From positions 1 to 64,000 of IMG/VR virus record IMGVR_UViG_3300028569_000030: a DNA stretch of 64,000 bases; one strand, written 5' to 3'. The stretch's first letter is position 1. Every line of letters begins with the position of its first letter. Positions 17,755 through 27,388 of this stretch are shown here, in pieces. Source of the stretch: a virus. The position numbers were made by a program, and so were the translations under genes. The notes under the pieces are model-generated. The model was not told where the DNA came from, ran no database searches, and saw only the letters and a program-made list of their open reading frames with translations.

Positions 17755-18120
17755 ATGGGGTTTATCCTAGACGGAATATTAAAAAAAGAACTCCTAGACG
17801 CTCCAGAAACGGTAAACGCATCGTTTACTAGTGAAGTTGTAGACTTAGATAATAGAGAAGGTGAGTTTAGCATAACGGTAGCATATGACAATGGAGTGGG
17901 TCTGAATATGACTACTTCTATAGAGCTAACTAATACTCCTCTTATAGAGGGAAGTTGGACTTTACTAGAAGATTCTGATCTTATACAGACAGACGCTTCT
18001 GGGAATATTATGTATGATATTGGAGGAACAGGACTTTCCTACATGAGAATTAAGATTGTAGTGTCATCAGGATCGTGTGATGTGCAATCAATACTTTATG
18101 TCGCCAAAAGAAGACATTAA
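17755..18120 (+). CDS. virion structural protein
   Basis: beta-rich, SD AGGAG, within structural operon. Confidence 0.55.
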   Translation: MGFILDGILKKELLDAPETVNASFTSEVVDLDNREGEFSITVAYDNGVGLNMTTSIELTNTPLIEGSWTLLEDSDLIQTDASGNIMYDIGGTGLSYMRIKIVVSSGSCDVQSILYVAKRRH

Positions 18121-18134
18121 TTCTAGAGGATTAA

Positions 18135-18518
18135 ATGAGTAATCAATATAGACGATTAAATATAAGTACGCCAGGCGGTGGTGGAGGCGGAGGAGCTTCT
18201 GATGCTATTAATGTGGACTACGATCCATCTTCATCAGGACTTACGGCTATAAACGTACAGGCAGCATTAGATGAAATAGTATCAACTGCTTTTGTTCCTA
18301 GACCGCTAATAACTCTCTCTGGAGCTGATATTACCGCTGGATCAAAAAGCATAGTAATAACTCCGAATAGTCCAACTTTAGCTAGGCTAACTGTTGGTGG
18401 AGTAAGACAAACATACGGAATAGATTTTACAATATCAGGTTCAACTCTATCTTGGTCAGGATTAGGTCTTGATGGGGTATTGGAAGCCGGAGATGTTTTA
18501 CAACTAGAAATAAAATAA
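18135..18518 (+). CDS. fibre/decoration protein
   Basis: poly-Gly linker, NVQAALDEI module, C-domain paralogous to end of 18545..20218. Confidence 0.6.
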   Translation: MSNQYRRLNISTPGGGGGGGASDAINVDYDPSSSGLTAINVQAALDEIVSTAFVPRPLITLSGADITAGSKSIVITPNSPTLARLTVGGVRQTYGIDFTISGSTLSWSGLGLDGVLEAGDVLQLEIK

Positions 18519-18544
18519 TTAACCTTTCTTAGGAGGAAAGAGTC

Positions 18545-20218
18545 ATGACACAAATTTCAAAAAAGTTTATTTTAGCCAATGCAGTAGATCAATCAAAAAT
18601 CCGTCTATCCAACAATGCCTACCTAAAAGCTAGAAATGCTGCTGATAATGCTGACATTAACATGTTAAAAGTTAATGCTTCTGATAAAATTGAATTTGCA
18701 TCAGTTCCTCAAGTAACATCTGATCCATCTACTGGAAATGATTTAGTTCGTAAGTCATATTTAGATACAGTGCAACAAGGTCTTAAGCCTAAGCAAGCTG
18801 TTAGAGCTGCTACTACTGCAAACATTGTAATTGCTACAGCATTAAACTCTGGCGATGTAATTGACGGTATAACTCTTGCCAACGGTGATAGAGTTCTCGT
18901 CAAAGATCAAACTGCTTCAGAATTCAACGGTATTTATATTGTTGGAGCAACTCCAGCAAGAGCTACAGATTTTGACTCACTTTCTCCAATCGATGAAATA
19001 AATGGCGCATATACTTTTGTTCAAGAAGGTTCTGCTAACCAAGGTAAAGCTTTTGTTCAAAGTGGAACAGTAACAACTCTTGACACAGATCCTATTAGTT
19101 TTGTTTTCTTCAACTCTGCTGGAACTTTAATAGGGCAAGACGGTATTACCATTTCTGGAGCTGACGTATCAGTAGATCACGATGGTCAAGGTTTAACTTT
19201 TTCTGGGGTTCAATTAGCTTTAGAACTTGATGGATCAACTCTTTCTAAATCAGCTTCTGGTTTAAAAGTTGCCGATCTAGGAATTGGTTCTGGACAATTA
19301 GCTTCGAACGCTGTTACAACTGCTAAAATTAATAACGATGCTGTAGATAAAGATAAAATTGCTGCTGATGTTGCTGGTAACGGTTTGGGACAAAATGTTG
19401 ATGGATCTTTAGAGGTTAACGTAGATGGTTCTACATTAGAAATAAACACTGATTCATTAAGAGTTAAAGACTTGGGTATTACTTCTGCTAAATTAGCTGC
19501 TGACTCAGTGATCACTTCTAAAATCCTAGACGCTAACGTAACTAATGCTAAAATAGCTTCTGGAGTGGATGCTATTAAAATAGCAGATGGATCAGTATCA
19601 AATACAGAATTCCAATATATCAATTCCCTAACTTCTAATGCTCAAGATCAATTAGATGCAAAACTTACAAGTACATTAGCTGATGGTAAAGTATTTATTG
19701 GATCTGCTGGAAACTTAGCTGTTGCTCAAACTTTATCTGGAGACATTTCAAATACTAATGCTGGTGTTGTAACAATTGCAAATGATGCAATCACAACTGT
19801 AAAAATCCTTGATGCAAACGTAACTAACGCTAAAATTGCAACTGGAGTAGACGCAGCTAAGATTGCTGATGGATCTGTTTCTAATACTGAATTTCAATAT
19901 ATTAACTCCTTAACGTCAAATGCTCAAACTCAGATTAATGCAAGAATTCAAAATGTTGATTCAGAGCAGTTAACTTTAAACGGAACTGACATTACAAATC
20001 AATACAAAGACTTATCGTTTGCTGCATACTCTGCTTCTAGCATCTCATTAACTCCTGTTGGTGGAATTATGCAAAATAGAGGGGTGGATTATTCAGTGTC
20101 TCTAGCTGGTGGAGCCGGCGGTGTTACAAGGATCACGTTTTTAAACGATCTTGCTACAGGCGGAGCTGCTGAGTTAATTTCTGGAGATATCCTGATTGTT
20201 CAATACGCTAGATTGTAA
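18545..20218 (+). CDS. fibre protein (head or tail) with VT.AKI repeats
   Basis: VRAATTANI...IDG.TL..GDRVLVKDQT...NGIY domain; duplicated ~51-aa unit at 19502 and 19784. Confidence 0.75.
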   Translation: MTQISKKFILANAVDQSKIRLSNNAYLKARNAADNADINMLKVNASDKIEFASVPQVTSDPSTGNDLVRKSYLDTVQQGLKPKQAVRAATTANIVIATALNSGDVIDGITLANGDRVLVKDQTASEFNGIYIVGATPARATDFDSLSPIDEINGAYTFVQEGSANQGKAFVQSGTVTTLDTDPISFVFFNSAGTLIGQDGITISGADVSVDHDGQGLTFSGVQLALELDGSTLSKSASGLKVADLGIGSGQLASNAVTTAKINNDAVDKDKIAADVAGNGLGQNVDGSLEVNVDGSTLEINTDSLRVKDLGITSAKLAADSVITSKILDANVTNAKIASGVDAIKIADGSVSNTEFQYINSLTSNAQDQLDAKLTSTLADGKVFIGSAGNLAVAQTLSGDISNTNAGVVTIANDAITTVKILDANVTNAKIATGVDAAKIADGSVSNTEFQYINSLTSNAQTQINARIQNVDSEQLTLNGTDITNQYKDLSFAAYSASSISLTPVGGIMQNRGVDYSVSLAGGAGGVTRITFLNDLATGGAAELISGDILIVQYARL

Positions 20219-20230
20219 TATTTTTAAACA

Positions 20231-20256
20231 GAGGGGGCTTTGGCCCCTTCTTTATT
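20231..20256 (+). terminator. rho-independent terminator
   Basis: GAGGGGGC-TTTG-GCCCCTTC then TTTATT. Confidence 0.7.
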
Positions 20257-20294
20257 TCTCATACCAGCTTAGCTGATGATAAAACGAGAAAATA

Positions 20295-20813
20295 ATGAGT
20301 AGAATTAAACAAAAATTTATACGGTTTGGTACAGGAACTGACGACGTAAATGCTCGTCTTATCCCTGCCAACTATACAGCAGTAAATTATACACCATCTC
20401 AAGTTGCTTCCGAAGGAGCTGATAAAGTATCTGCCTATCTAAAAGGAATAGATAACGCAATTGGTTCAATTGGATCAACAACTGGCGACATTAGTTTAAG
20501 TACTTTTAGTGCGGCTAATAACCAAGCGTCGTTAGCTAACGTAACAGGACTAGCTTTCTCCAATGGAGTAGTTAGATCATTTGATGCAATAGTCTCTGTA
20601 GCAATAGATGCTACGACAGACTTATTTGCTGAATATAAATTACATGGAATACAAAAAAGCTCAGACTGGGAACTATCCTATGAATATTTAGGAGACGATA
20701 CTGGTGTGGGGTTTGACATAACTAGTTCTGGACAGGTTCAATATATTTCTAGTAACATTTCTGGATTCGTATCCAATACTGTTAAATTTAGAGCATATAT
20801 AACCTCAGTCTAA
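20295..20813 (+). CDS. virion structural protein
   Basis: paralogous C-domain with 12508..12978 (FDI...GQV.Y.S). Confidence 0.6.
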   Translation: MSRIKQKFIRFGTGTDDVNARLIPANYTAVNYTPSQVASEGADKVSAYLKGIDNAIGSIGSTTGDISLSTFSAANNQASLANVTGLAFSNGVVRSFDAIVSVAIDATTDLFAEYKLHGIQKSSDWELSYEYLGDDTGVGFDITSSGQVQYISSNISGFVSNTVKFRAYITSV

Positions 20814-20835
20814 AAGAGCGTTAACAGGATGTTAA

Positions 20836-21831
20836 ATGACTAAGCAAAACGATAAGTACATTGAGGACATCGATAGCCTTACTCAACTAGATTTTGGTGG
20901 AGTAATCAGAGACGTTCATTCCTATCCAGGACATTACCTAAGAGTAAAGAACGCTCTTACCGTAGTAAATAGTCACTATGATTATTTAGTTCCTGTTTAC
21001 GATATGTCAGGTAAGCCATTAGAAGTTAAATACTATGGCGGAACTAAGCAGCACGAAACTAATATATCAATATTAGGAGACACGGCTGGAAGTTTGAATA
21101 ATAAATACTTCTTTGTTTACGAAGGAAGAAGCGGAAGACAATTCCATATTTGGTATAATGTGGCAGGACTAGGAACAGATCCTGCACCTAGTGGAAGTAC
21201 TGGAATAGAGGTTCCTATTAGTACAAACGATAACGCTACAGTTGTAGCATACGCAACTGAGCTAGTATTAAAATCTAATTGGAGCGAATATTTTTATAGT
21301 AGAAGAGTTGCCGGATCTACTATAAATATGATAGCAGTTAAAACCGGAGAAACTAGTGATTCCATAGACAATAATACAGGATTTACAGTCCTAAATCAGC
21401 CTGGGGAATCATTATTACTACAAACAGTTACTATAGATTACGATGTGTTAGATCCATTATTTGAAGGAAGAGTTTTAAAAGGCTACTACTACGATATATA
21501 TAGTGGAGCTTTTAAAAAAACCTTAGAGGTACCTGATTCAAACTCTGATAAGGCAACAGCAGTTACCACAGCAAATGTTGCTGTAGTATTGGCAAACACG
21601 GAATATTCTTATACTTTTCCTGTAGGAACAAAGACGTTTTTACTTAGAGATAGAGATTCTGACTCAAAACTTAGAATAGCATATGCTTCTGGAGGAACTG
21701 GTACTAATTGGTTCACCAACTATCCTGGAAACATATATCCAGCAAATAACTTAAATACGCTAACTGGATTTACTATATACTTTAGATCAAATAAAGCCAA
21801 TAGAGTAATCGAGATAGAAAGCTGGCAATAA
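20836..21831 (+). CDS. virion structural protein
   Basis: internal segment resembles domains in 28345..32676. Confidence 0.55.
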   Translation: MTKQNDKYIEDIDSLTQLDFGGVIRDVHSYPGHYLRVKNALTVVNSHYDYLVPVYDMSGKPLEVKYYGGTKQHETNISILGDTAGSLNNKYFFVYEGRSGRQFHIWYNVAGLGTDPAPSGSTGIEVPISTNDNATVVAYATELVLKSNWSEYFYSRRVAGSTINMIAVKTGETSDSIDNNTGFTVLNQPGESLLLQTVTIDYDVLDPLFEGRVLKGYYYDIYSGAFKKTLEVPDSNSDKATAVTTANVAVVLANTEYSYTFPVGTKTFLLRDRDSDSKLRIAYASGGTGTNWFTNYPGNIYPANNLNTLTGFTIYFRSNKANRVIEIESWQ

Positions 21832-21840
21832 CAACTATAT
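21829..21840 (+). promoter_or_regulatory. degenerate copy of late promoter motif
   Basis: TAACAACTATAT followed by hairpin TATCAC-ATATA-GTGATA. Confidence 0.4.
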
Positions 21841-21883
21841 AACAAGAGTATCACATATAGTGATATAACATAGGGGAGAATAA

Positions 21884-22882
21884 ATGAAAGATAAATTGGG
21901 CTTTGACACGACGGATGCTAACACCATCCTTGACAGTGACAGCGTTGGGGCATTTGTACGTGCCGGAGACGACGGTACGCTCATTGGACACGTTAGTGAT
22001 GCATTAAAGGTAAACTTTAGTAACACTACTATCGGAGTAACTGCTACAGATTTAGACATCAGAGACCTCGTTTTCGCTACGGATAAGGTTGATGTTTCTG
22101 GCTCAACTAACATTGGGCTAGACGCTGCTACATTAGCTGCTTTAGAATCAATCACTGTACAAAACGGTGCTGGAGCTGCTGCTGTTAACATTCAAGACGG
22201 TGGTAACTCAATTACTGTTGATGGTACTGTAGAACTTGGTGCTACAACTTTAGCTGCTTTAGAAAGCATTACTGTTGTTGCTACTGACTTTGATATTAGA
22301 GACTTAAGTCATTCGCAAGATTCAATTAAGATTGGTGATGGTACTGACTTCTTAGCAATCAATGCTGATGGTAGTATTAATGTTAATGCCGATATTTCAG
22401 TAGTTAACGGACATGAGAAAGCTGAAGATGCTGCTCACTCTTCTGGAGACATCGGTTCATACATGTTAGGGGTAAGACAGGACGTACTAGCTTCTAGTAC
22501 AAGTGCTGATGGAGATTATGCTTCATTCAAAATGTCTGCTGCTGGTGCATTGTATGTTAACTTAGCAGAATCTAGTGCTACTATCGAAGTATCTGATGCT
22601 GCTTTAGCAAATACTGCTATAATATCTAAGGCTTTAGTTTTAGGCGTTGCTGACACTGCTCAAGCTGTTGTTACTTCACCTTTAGCTGATAGAAAATACC
22701 TAAGCATATACAACAACGATAATAGAAAAATGTTTATCGGGGGTTCTGGTGTAACTGCTGCTAACGGATTTCCTATCTCTCCAGGTTCTTATATGGAACT
22801 TAGAGCTGGTGTATCTTCTGCTGTGTTCTTTGTTGGATCTACAGGAGAAACTGCTGCTATTAGAACTTTAGAGCTTTCTTAA
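21884..22882 (+). CDS. abundant fibre/decoration protein
   Basis: ATD(L/F)DIRDL and TLAALESITV repeats, high-expression codon bias, own terminator. Confidence 0.65.
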   Translation: MKDKLGFDTTDANTILDSDSVGAFVRAGDDGTLIGHVSDALKVNFSNTTIGVTATDLDIRDLVFATDKVDVSGSTNIGLDAATLAALESITVQNGAGAAAVNIQDGGNSITVDGTVELGATTLAALESITVVATDFDIRDLSHSQDSIKIGDGTDFLAINADGSINVNADISVVNGHEKAEDAAHSSGDIGSYMLGVRQDVLASSTSADGDYASFKMSAAGALYVNLAESSATIEVSDAALANTAIISKALVLGVADTAQAVVTSPLADRKYLSIYNNDNRKMFIGGSGVTAANGFPISPGSYMELRAGVSSAVFFVGSTGETAAIRTLELS

Positions 22883-22895
22883 TTTAAATACTGAC

Positions 22896-22923
22896 GGGGG
22901 GAGGGAGAAATCCCTCCTCTTTT
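22896..22923 (+). terminator. rho-independent terminator
   Basis: GGAGGGA-GAAA-TCCCTCC then TCTTTT. Confidence 0.85.
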
Positions 22924-22924
22924 A

Positions 22925-22953
22925 TTGACTCAGTATTATTCATAGTATATTAT
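22925..22953 (+). promoter_or_regulatory. sigma70-type promoter
   Basis: TTGACT-17 nt-TATTAT. Confidence 0.65.
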
Positions 22954-22973
22954 ATAATCAGAGGATTGACTAT

Positions 22974-23198
22974 ATGGGAAATAATTTTACGGAAGACGAT
23001 AAGAAAAAATTAGTAGATTTCTTAAATGCAGTAGCAAATAAAGCATCATTCAAAGATATGAATGTACAAGACATAATAAACTTCTTTAAGTTACTATCGC
23101 ACATGCAAACTGTATTATTGCCAAAAATAGACGCAAATATTTTAGAGGTTCTACGAGTAGTAGAAACAAAACCAGAATCTGAAAAGAAGAGTGAGTAA
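22974..23198 (+). CDS. small helical hypothetical protein
   Basis: GAGG SD; TAATG coupling to next gene. Confidence 0.65.
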   Translation: MGNNFTEDDKKKLVDFLNAVANKASFKDMNVQDIINFFKLLSHMQTVLLPKIDANILEVLRVVETKPESEKKSE

Positions 23199-23506
23199 TG
23201 GCTTTTCAATTACTTGATGGTCCGTCAAAACAAGATAGAGTGGCAGTAACTACCGCCACCGTAAAAGAATTAAAAGTCGGAGCTTCTGCTTTAGCGGAAA
23301 GACAAGTAATTACAATTCAGCCCACAGATGGTAATATATGGGTATATTTTGGAGATGGAACTACTCCATCTGCAGCTACCGTCTCCACAAAAGGATTTAA
23401 GCATGTTAAAAATGCTAAAGAATCTTACGAAGCTGGAGAAAGACAACAAGTGTTTATAGTGGCAGAAACAGGTACCGTCAATGTTACTTTTGTAGAGAGG
23501 GCATAG
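23198..23506 (+). CDS. virion structural protein
   Basis: similar to C-domain of 21884..22882 (LA.R....I). Confidence 0.6.
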   Translation: MAFQLLDGPSKQDRVAVTTATVKELKVGASALAERQVITIQPTDGNIWVYFGDGTTPSAATVSTKGFKHVKNAKESYEAGERQQVFIVAETGTVNVTFVERA

Positions 23507-23992
23507 ATGAGCTTGCGTGATTTTTTTATTCAAGTTGCCAATTCTGTTTGGTTTGATAATTCAACTAATGGATTTACATCAGACAATGTACAAGAAGCAA
23601 TTGAAGAAGCTAAGCAGAATGCCGAAGGATTTCCTAGAGCAGGCATTAGATCTAACTATAACGGAACAGTTAGTGCTAGTCAGTGGCTAGGTCCTTCAGA
23701 ATTATTCCCCAATACCCCACTTCTTGTTGCTCCGGTTACTTTAAAATTAAACGAAATAACTTGGTCTAATCAAAATACTAACGTCGCTTTTAGAATACAA
23801 TTTAGGTTAGCATCAAAAGTTGGAACTATTTTTTACACATTAACTGTAACTTCTCCTAACTCTGGTTACGGGTATGTTACCGGAATTAACTATACACTAA
23901 ACGCTGGCGATATAATATATGCCCAGTATTTAGATGACGGAACTAACTGTTCAGATATGGACTTAATTCTTTGGGTATCGAGGATTCCTTAA
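23507..23992 (+). CDS. fibre-related protein
   Basis: FDNSTNGFTSDNVQEAIEE module; paralog of next gene. Confidence 0.6.
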   Translation: MSLRDFFIQVANSVWFDNSTNGFTSDNVQEAIEEAKQNAEGFPRAGIRSNYNGTVSASQWLGPSELFPNTPLLVAPVTLKLNEITWSNQNTNVAFRIQFRLASKVGTIFYTLTVTSPNSGYGYVTGINYTLNAGDIIYAQYLDDGTNCSDMDLILWVSRIP

Positions 23993-24684
23993 TGACTATA
24001 ACTAAAATAGTGAAAAATGTATCAGGAAGCACTCAACAAATTATTAATGCTGATGTAGCAAACAACGGCACGTTCAATATACCAGTTGAACTATGGTTTA
24101 TGGCAGCAAATGATACAACTCTTATAACCAAAATAAATAATGGCCAATTTATTATTAATGACGGAACTTCGGATTTATCAGCAGCTAATGGAGTTTTACA
24201 TATAGAAAGATTCCAATTCGATTCTTCTAATAAAATATCATTCGACAATACTTCAAATGGATTTACTTCAACAAATGCTCAAAGCGCAATAGAAGAGTCA
24301 AAAAATACGGCAGTAGGAAAGGCTAGATTTACAATAGTAACAACCTTTAATTCTACGGTAGGGAATAACAATTGGCTAGGGTATAATGAGCTGTTGCCTG
24401 GGAATATAACTCCAATAAGAATACCAGTTTCTTGTGTTCTAAAAGAAATTACTTTTTCTTGGAGTGGTGCGGCGGTAGATGGTAGATATGATCTATATAA
24501 AAATGGTACTGCTGGCGGTAATATTGCATATCAGACTCCTAATATAGTTAATCAAGCTAATGGAATTAACATTACTGGATTAAACTTATCGTTTGTTGCT
24601 GGAAATTTTTTTATAGGGAGATGGATCGATAATGGGGATAATCCATCGGATATGGCAGTAGTTTATTTTTTCCAAACAACATAA
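23992..24684 (+). CDS. fibre-related protein
   Basis: likely start ATG 23992 (TAATG coupling); FDNTSNGFTSTNAQSAIEE module. Confidence 0.6.
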   Translation: MTITKIVKNVSGSTQQIINADVANNGTFNIPVELWFMAANDTTLITKINNGQFIINDGTSDLSAANGVLHIERFQFDSSNKISFDNTSNGFTSTNAQSAIEESKNTAVGKARFTIVTTFNSTVGNNNWLGYNELLPGNITPIRIPVSCVLKEITFSWSGAAVDGRYDLYKNGTAGGNIAYQTPNIVNQANGINITGLNLSFVAGNFFIGRWIDNGDNPSDMAVVYFFQTT

Positions 24685-24693
24685 GGTATAAAT

Positions 24694-25473
24694 ATGAGTT
24701 CTAAGTACATACATAATATTTCGGGAGAAGCTAATACTTATCAGGGAATAGAAATTGATAATAATTCTTTTTACCAAATACCTGAAAATCTATTAATAGA
24801 GTTCCAAAATGAGTCGAACCTACTTACTGACTTATTAGCCGGAAACGTAAGAATGAGTTCTGATGGTATAACAGACTATTCTACGACACCAATAACTAAT
24901 TTTAATTTTTTAAGAAATGAACATTATCAAGTTGATGAAGAAGGGAGACAAATAACTCGTACTGCTGCTGGTAAGGCAGGGTGGGTTTATTTTGCACACC
25001 CAATTGAGTTTGAGACTGCTAAGATAGGTAGTTTATATGAAAAAGATAAATCAGGTTCAAGTAGGGGAATTAGTACGATTAAGTTTTACGATGTAAATGA
25101 TGCTGAGATTACAGACGCTCAGTACGAAGCTAATATAGTAAAAACTGTAATACTATTCAAACCATCTTATGATTACGAACTTATAGCTGGTAATATACAA
25201 CAAATAGATTCTCCGAGTACTGACATTCGTTTATGGGTCATTGGCGGATTAATAGAGCTAGGCGGAGCTTACGTTAAGGAATTTGCAGGAGGATTGAATA
25301 TGCGGTATTATGGAGCCAATGAATCAGTAAAAACAGACGGTAGGGCAGCTAAATATATGAAGAAAGATATTGACGGAGTTCCTTACCAAGCTAATCAATT
25401 GCAAATAATAGTAAAACATAACGCAGGGGTGCAACATAGACTTATGCTAACTCTTGAATATTTTAGAGCGTAA
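24694..25473 (+). CDS. virion-associated hypothetical protein
   Basis: N-domain similar to N-domain of preceding gene. Confidence 0.55.
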   Translation: MSSKYIHNISGEANTYQGIEIDNNSFYQIPENLLIEFQNESNLLTDLLAGNVRMSSDGITDYSTTPITNFNFLRNEHYQVDEEGRQITRTAAGKAGWVYFAHPIEFETAKIGSLYEKDKSGSSRGISTIKFYDVNDAEITDAQYEANIVKTVILFKPSYDYELIAGNIQQIDSPSTDIRLWVIGGLIELGGAYVKEFAGGLNMRYYGANESVKTDGRAAKYMKKDIDGVPYQANQLQIIVKHNAGVQHRLMLTLEYFRA

Positions 25474-25474
25474 T

Positions 25475-25966
25475 ATGGAAAATATGGTAATAGGATTTTC
25501 TAAGTCAAAAGGATTTAAGCCCTTTAGCTGGCTTATTAGATTATTCGAAGGCACTAATTATTCTCATGTTTATATTAAATTCAACAATACTTATTATAAC
25601 GATGTGGAAATTTACCAAGCAAGTAAAGGAATGGTTAATCATTTATTAGAAGGTCAATTTCTAATAGAGAACGACGTTCTTTCTGAATTTTTAGTATCAC
25701 TAGATGAGAAAAAACCTGTAATAAAATTTCTTAGAGAAAGACTGGGAAAGCCATATTCTAGGTCTACCGTTATTGGTATATTTTTATCTAAGGTAGGTAT
25801 TATTAGTAAAAAATTCTACGACAAAGAACAAGCATATATTTGTTCAGAGCTGGTAGCTAGAGCACTAAAAGAAATGAATAAATTGCCAAACGATATAAAT
25901 GTAGATATGGCAACTCCAGCACAATTATATAATCTATGCAAGAATAGTTTTACACAAATTAAATAG
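25475..25966 (+). CDS. permuted papain-like amidase (YiiX/YaeF, C92-like)
   Basis: YSHV...GKPY...YICSELVA: His before Cys; likely start ATG 25475. Confidence 0.8.
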   Translation: MENMVIGFSKSKGFKPFSWLIRLFEGTNYSHVYIKFNNTYYNDVEIYQASKGMVNHLLEGQFLIENDVLSEFLVSLDEKKPVIKFLRERLGKPYSRSTVIGIFLSKVGIISKKFYDKEQAYICSELVARALKEMNKLPNDINVDMATPAQLYNLCKNSFTQIK

Positions 25967-25973
25967 GAAAGTT

Positions 25974-26903
25974 ATGGATAAAAAATCAATGTTAGAGAGT
26001 TATTTGCGAGGTCTTGGTCAAGATTTATCTTTTAACATGATCGACGAAGGGGAAGCTAAGATTAGAGAATTGATTGGAGAAGGTGATTACGAACAACTTG
26101 CTGAAAAAATAAGAAATGAATATAGCCAAGCAGAATCAGATAATCCTAAAAGCTATATGGCTGGCGAACTATCCGGAACTGCCGGAAGCTTGCTCATACC
26201 AGGAGGAGCTGCTAAAGCTGCTCTAAAAGGAGCTAAAAGGTTAGCATTAGAGTCTGTAGCTAAAAATGCTCTAGGAACATATGGTCGCTCTAATGGAGAA
26301 GAATTATCTGCTGGAGATATGGCAATGGTAGCATCTTCCGGATTGCCTATGTCTAAGATATCTAATAAAATTCCTTGGAAGGTAGGTAAGGGTGTTAAAA
26401 AAATAGAAGATGGTGTTGAAGATAATTTTGGTAAGGTGACCAATAAGTTAGATCCTCTACAAGAAGCTCAGTTAAAAGTTAAAGGCAAGGTATTGCAAAA
26501 ATTAGATCCTATTCAAGAAGCTGAATTAGGCTTTGGAGGTAAGGTAATACAAAAACTTGATCCAAAACAAGAAGCAGCTCTTGTCACCAAAGGCGGAGTG
26601 CATTGGGAAGGCGGAAGTTCTCCAACTAGAAGCAAAATGAAAGAACAGGCAGAAGACTTGGCAGAAAACGAGTCAAATCGTATATCACAAGCTAAAAAAA
26701 GAATAGAAACAAGGAAAGAGCTTGAAAATACTGAAAATGCTATTTCATCAATGCAAAAAGAAGTAAAACAAGCAGAAGACACTCTTCCATTAAGTCCAAG
26801 CCTAAGAAGACAGTTTTTTGAAGAGAAATCCAAAGAATTAGGTCAATCACAGCAAAACAAAGATAAGTTATTAAATTTACTACAATCCCTAAAATCTAAG
26901 TAG
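25974..26903 (+). CDS. probable internal virion protein, paralog of 38339 N-domain
   Basis: GL.Q...FN..DEG.A...NP.SY..GE..G shared; 3x18-aa repeat. Confidence 0.6.
   Translation: MDKKSMLESYLRGLGQDLSFNMIDEGEAKIRELIGEGDYEQLAEKIRNEYSQAESDNPKSYMAGELSGTAGSLLIPGGAAKAALKGAKRLALESVAKNALGTYGRSNGEELSAGDMAMVASSGLPMSKISNKIPWKVGKGVKKIEDGVEDNFGKVTNKLDPLQEAQLKVKGKVLQKLDPIQEAELGFGGKVIQKLDPKQEAALVTKGGVHWEGGSSPTRSKMKEQAEDLAENESNRISQAKKRIETRKELENTENAISSMQKEVKQAEDTLPLSPSLRRQFFEEKSKELGQSQQNKDKLLNLLQSLKSK
26430..26582 (+). repeat. 3 x 54-nt intragenic repeat
   Basis: GKV..KLDP.QEA.L at 26430, 26484, 26538. Confidence 0.85.
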
Positions 26904-26919
26904 TTTTTAATTTGTGTTT

Positions 26920-26934
26920 TTAACAACTTATACT
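26920..26934 (+). promoter_or_regulatory. putative late promoter
   Basis: TTAACAACTTA-TACT. Confidence 0.7.
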
Positions 26935-26959
26935 ATAAACCCTCCTAGGAGTCAAGTCA

Positions 26960-27379
26960 ATGGAAAAGAAAAAAAATGCTAAAGCTATGGCATTAAAAGC
27001 AGGTTATCAAGCATTAAGAAATGATATGCAAGATATGCTCAAAGGAGACAGTCTAAAATCATTTGCTTCGTCTAATCCTAAAAAGATGATGAAAGTATCT
27101 GTAGCTGCTGATTCTGAAAAAGATTTAGAAAAAGGACTGTCAAAAGCACAGCAAATTCTTAAAGCTAAATTTAACGACATGCCTACAGAAGACTCAAATC
27201 CAATGGAAGAAGAGGAATCAGAAGACTTAGAAGAGTGTCCTATGTGCAAAGGTGAAGGCTGTAAAGCTTGTGAAAAAGAAATGCCATATACTGATTCAAA
27301 TGAAGAATCCGAAGAGTCTATAGAAGAGCTAAAAGCTAAACTAGCTTTACTACAAGAAAAGATTAAATCGCTAACTTAG
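26960..27379 (+). CDS. charged hypothetical protein with CxxC-x4-CxxC
   Basis: SD AGGAG; CPMCKGEGCKAC in acidic region. Confidence 0.65.
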   Translation: MEKKKNAKAMALKAGYQALRNDMQDMLKGDSLKSFASSNPKKMMKVSVAADSEKDLEKGLSKAQQILKAKFNDMPTEDSNPMEEEESEDLEECPMCKGEGCKACEKEMPYTDSNEESEESIEELKAKLALLQEKIKSLT

Positions 27380-27388
27380 GTAAATAAT

